Virus record (IMG/VR): IMGVR_UViG_3300030098_004104
Span: 1 to 37,882 of that record
Direction: 5' to 3' (one strand)
Length of the DNA: 37,882 nucleotides
From: a virus
Taxonomy: Duplodnaviria; Caudoviricetes
The stretch's first letter is position 1, and every line of letters starts with the position of its first letter. Positions 34,941-37,882 of the stretch are shown one piece after another. The position numbers and the translations under genes are program-made. Under the pieces are notes generated by a model. The model made no database searches and was not told where the DNA came from. It saw nothing but the letters and a program-made list of their open reading frames with translations.

Positions 34941-36514
34941 GGTGGTGAATCATCCTTAACGTTGTCTGCGACTATGCCCTCGGCGGTTCCGTTGTCTCCT
35001 TCAGAGCCATAGTCAACAAGAGTTGGGAAGCTGTTGTCTCCAGCGCCAAAGCGATACAGGTGCTGGGGAGGAGTAGAAAGAGAGCGGGGATCGGGCATGT
35101 TACCTGAGCCATAAAGGGCAGTAACGTCAGAGGCGCTCAGCGCGCTAGTCCACATGCTCACCTGGGAGATGTAGCCAAAGAAGCACTGCTCAATCTCATC
35201 GCCACCATCATAGCGAAGAGCGCCAATGGTAAAGTCCTTCACGTTTAGGCTGCTGCCTCTGGACTTGGAGTATCCCACGTAGTTGCCGTCAACGTATAGC
35301 TTAACGGCCTGGTCGGTGTTTGAGCTTCCCACGTATGTAATGACAATGTGGTGCCACTCGCCGTCAGTAGGGTCGATCCCGTTGGGGTCGGTAGAGTTTA
35401 CCCACACCTCCTTGTGTGCACCGTTGGGGCTCGTGTCAGCGTCATCCCTGCCAAACAGCGCAGAGGTAGCGGACGCCGCCGCGCTTCCAACAGCCTTAAA
35501 GTAGGCTGGCGAGCCTCCAGAGGCCCCCTGAATTTGCAGGTAATAGAACTCGTGGTTGTCGTTGTTAGAAAAAGACCACAGCGTCTGCTGCACGGCACTG
35601 GTCGCCTTGAACCAGATAGACACGGTTTGGGCGTCTGTTTGCCAGTCAAAGTTTCCGCCGCTGTGAGCCACGGCATCAGCTTGAATGTAGTCATTCACGC
35701 CGTCTAGCAGGTAGCTCATACCAGCAGGGTAGCCGTCAACAATAGACGAGAGAGTCATGTTGTAGGCGGTGCCGTCTTGCTCGCCAGTTCCGTAGTCAAT
35801 GAGCGTCGGGAAGCGCACGTCGCCGTTGCCAAACTTGTAGAAGTTCGTTGGCTTCCGGGTCAGCGTTGCCTCGTCGACTGGGCGGTTGTTGTTGTAAAGC
35901 GCAGCAACGTCCGAGTCAGCCAAGGCGACAGTGTAGACGCTAGCCTGGTGAATAAGGCAGTCGGCAGCGTATGTCGTTGAGCCGCTAAGGCGACGTGCGC
36001 CGAAGGCAAGCGTATCTGCCGTTAGGGCACCAGCCGACACGGCAACTGTAGAAGGAGAGCCACCGTCAACGTAGACCTTAATCGCGCTAGACCCATCGTA
36101 TGTGACAACGATGTTGTGCCAAGCGTTGTCATCAAGGCCCGTGCCAATAATTTCTGGGTTGCCGCCCGTGCCAATAGGATAAGAGCCCGATCCGTTACCC
36201 CAGCCGTATAAGTTGATTGCGCCGCTAGACGATATGGCCAGCCAATACCTAGTGCTTGCCGCCCCAGAGTTAGTAAACGACCACAAGGCGGATAAAGACA
36301 CCGCAGGCGTCGCACGCGCCAGCTTAAACCAAACAGAAACGCTGTGGGCGTCGTTGCCGAAGTCAATTGCAGACGCGGCCCCGTTAGCTAGCACGTAGTC
36401 GTCTACGCCGTCGAAATCGTAAGACTTGCCTGTTGGGCCTGCCGCTCCGCCGCTCCCCGACTTCTTAACGGGGTTCATTCGGTACATTGCGCTGTTGTAT
36501 GGGACGCCTTTCAC
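34937..36514 (-). CDS. Tandem LamG / concanavalin A-like tail or capsid fibre protein (525 aa; GTG start 36514)
   Basis: Two copies of the pattern SY..DGV.DY ... VS.WFK ... WH.IV.TY ... K.YVDG ... SDV.ALY; AGGAG RBS. Confidence 0.85.
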   Translation of the reverse strand: MKGVPYNSAMYRMNPVKKSGSGGAAGPTGKSYDFDGVDDYVLANGAASAIDFGNDAHSVSVWFKLARATPAVSLSALWSFTNSGAASTRYWLAISSSGAINLYGWGNGSGSYPIGTGGNPEIIGTGLDDNAWHNIVVTYDGSSAIKVYVDGGSPSTVAVSAGALTADTLAFGARRLSGSTTYAADCLIHQASVYTVALADSDVAALYNNNRPVDEATLTRKPTNFYKFGNGDVRFPTLIDYGTGEQDGTAYNMTLSSIVDGYPAGMSYLLDGVNDYIQADAVAHSGGNFDWQTDAQTVSIWFKATSAVQQTLWSFSNNDNHEFYYLQIQGASGGSPAYFKAVGSAAASATSALFGRDDADTSPNGAHKEVWVNSTDPNGIDPTDGEWHHIVITYVGSSNTDQAVKLYVDGNYVGYSKSRGSSLNVKDFTIGALRYDGGDEIEQCFFGYISQVSMWTSALSASDVTALYGSGNMPDPRSLSTPPQHLYRFGAGDNSFPTLVDYGSEGDNGTAEGIVADNVKDDSPP

Positions 36515-37149
36515 GAGACGCTCTCCTGATGAAGCCATCGCCACAGAGAAGGGGTTACAGGCATCAGCCCTCGCCTCAGTCTCCCGTTAATTCCAGAGGC
36601 TCTCTCAGCCTCCACAATCGCAGCCTTTGTCTTGCGACCGATAATGCCATCAATTGGCCCTACGTCGAAGCCTTTGGTTGCAAGAGCGTGTTGTAAAAAC
36701 TTCATGCGCTCTATCTTCGGTACCTGTACATGCGGCCCATCGCGGAAGGTGCGCCAGAGCGCGCCAGACTCAAGGCCAACCTCCTCGGCCAGTTTCCCCA
36801 TCGGGATGTACCAGCGTTTGAGCGATCCGCGCTGCAATAGTTGCAGTCGCAAGCCCTCTGATTTGGGCGGTCGGTTTTCGTAGATGTCTCGGTCATCGGG
36901 ATCAGCGTTTGTGTAGACCCACACATCAGCAGCCAGGCTGGGCAGGTAGTTGTGCAAGCTGAAGCGACGGATGCCGTCGATCTTCGAGCGCCCAGCCTTG
37001 TATGCTAGCTGCTGCTCCTCTGTCGACCTATGAGCCCAGATCAAGCACATCGACGTGCCAGGGTTGGCGGTTCGGTGGACCACGGCCAGGTCGTTTACTC
37101 GCCAGCGAAGCCACTGGTGAAGGTCGTCAAAGCGGGGCTGCGTTCTCAT
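36511..37149 (-). CDS. Endolysin: M15 L-Ala-D-Glu-type peptidase plus C-terminal peptidoglycan-binding domain (212 aa)
   Basis: HRSTEEQ, SLHN, AADV, DGPHVQ; LQHALATKGFDVGPIDGIIGRKTKAAI. Confidence 0.85.
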   Translation of the reverse strand: MRTQPRFDDLHQWLRWRVNDLAVVHRTANPGTSMCLIWAHRSTEEQQLAYKAGRSKIDGIRRFSLHNYLPSLAADVWVYTNADPDDRDIYENRPPKSEGLRLQLLQRGSLKRWYIPMGKLAEEVGLESGALWRTFRDGPHVQVPKIERMKFLQHALATKGFDVGPIDGIIGRKTKAAIVEAERASGINGRLRRGLMPVTPSLWRWLHQESVS

Positions 37150-37882
37150 CGGTACCTCTGCTGGCCCTTCTTGGGCTTTCGGATGTAGTTCGAGAAGCCA
37201 AACAACTCTAGGGCATGGCCAACCACGTCCTTAGACTCCTGCTCGGAGTAGCCCTTCGCCTGCACGTAATTCACAGCGTCGCCGATAAGGGTCGAGACGT
37301 TGATGGGAACTCCAAGCGACACCACCGGCAACACGACGCGCTGAGCCACGTAGTTGAAGATGTCGTCGCCCTCTTTGCCTAGCTCTTGCCCGCGGAACCC
37401 TCGGTTCGTAAAGATTGTGTACGCCGCGCCAAGAGGCCCAATCAGCTTGTTGCGGATTAGCCGGTTCATCTCTGGGCTTGTTACTTCTCCAACGCCTGAC
37501 TTGTCCGTGTCTTGCAGGATGCTCAGCAAGGGCAAGTATCGCCACATAGAAGCGCCACCACCGCTCATGTCTATGATGCGGCGGCTACCGTCTTCTTGTG
37601 GGATAGACAGCGCCAAGAAGTCTGGGCTGTCAGGGTTGAAGAAGTCTGCCATCGCCTCGTCCCAGGGCTTGTCGCTCATGGTTGCGTTGGCTGTGACCAG
37701 AATACCCAGGTTAGCTGCTTGCTCTTTTATGAGGCGCTCAAACTGCCGAGCTTTAACCACCTGGGACTTGCCAGGTGCTAGAAGATCCCACGCTTGCTGT
37801 AGCGGCTCTTGGAACGTGGCTGCTGCAAACTTAGGGGCAAAGAAGACCTTGCCGAGTATGCTGTTCACAGGACCAGCAGCCC
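37146..37882 (-). CDS. C-terminal part of the large internal virion protein that starts at 2990
   Basis: In frame with 1..2990 through the 139-nt overlap; the track's start at 37868 is an edge artefact. Confidence 0.75.
   Translation of the reverse strand, partial: AAGPVNSILGKVFFAPKFAAATFQEPLQQAWDLLAPGKSQVVKARQFERLIKEQAANLGILVTANATMSDKPWDEAMADFFNPDSPDFLALSIPQEDGSRRIIDMSGGGASMWRYLPLLSILQDTDKSGVGEVTSPEMNRLIRNKLIGPLGAAYTIFTNRGFRGQELGKEGDDIFNYVAQRVVLPVVSLGVPINVSTLIGDAVNYVQAKGYSEQESKDVVGHALELFGFSNYIRKPKKGQQRYR
37744..37882. repeat. Terminal direct repeat / circular overlap, right copy
   Basis: Matches 1-139 at 137/139 positions. Confidence 0.97.

Noticed and set aside
34937-36514. Diversity-generating retroelement acting on the LamG repeats
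   Set aside because: No reverse transcriptase seen, and the repeats are diverged at the protein level rather than by adenine-specific changes
37146-37868. Independent 240-aa gene
   Set aside because: It is the C-terminus of the ORF starting at 2990 across the junction

Overview
The window looks like a complete ~37,743-bp circular or circularly permuted genome of a tailed dsDNA phage with podovirus-type morphogenesis genes. Bases 1-139 repeat at 37744-37882 with two synonymous mismatches, and a ~1,195-aa virion-protein ORF runs through that junction. The minus strand carries one ~31-kb gene run starting near 23.5 kb: XRE regulator, DnaB helicase, N6-adenine MTase, RusA, SLT, small and large terminase, scaffold, capsid, portal, adaptor, nozzle, tail proteins, three ejection-protein-like ORFs, M15 endolysin, double-LamG protein, holin/spanin-like genes, an ADP-ribosyltransferase-domain protein and a metallophosphoesterase. 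The plus strand carries a ~6.3-kb early region of small ORFs plus a Rad52/Sak-like annealase and an SSB-like protein. I recognised no integrase, DNA polymerase, primase, tRNA or CRISPR array. The most notable observations are: a complete type II pseudoknotted hammerhead ribozyme between early genes (24420-24479); a five-copy leader motif before the first early ORFs; three sigma70-like promoters sharing an ATGAC-N5-GTYAT operator; a stand-alone ART-PolyVal-like gene inside the lysis cassette near a phosphoesterase; and an unannotated 50-aa peptide ending in an SSB-tail mimic. All family calls come from reading motifs by eye, not from database searches.
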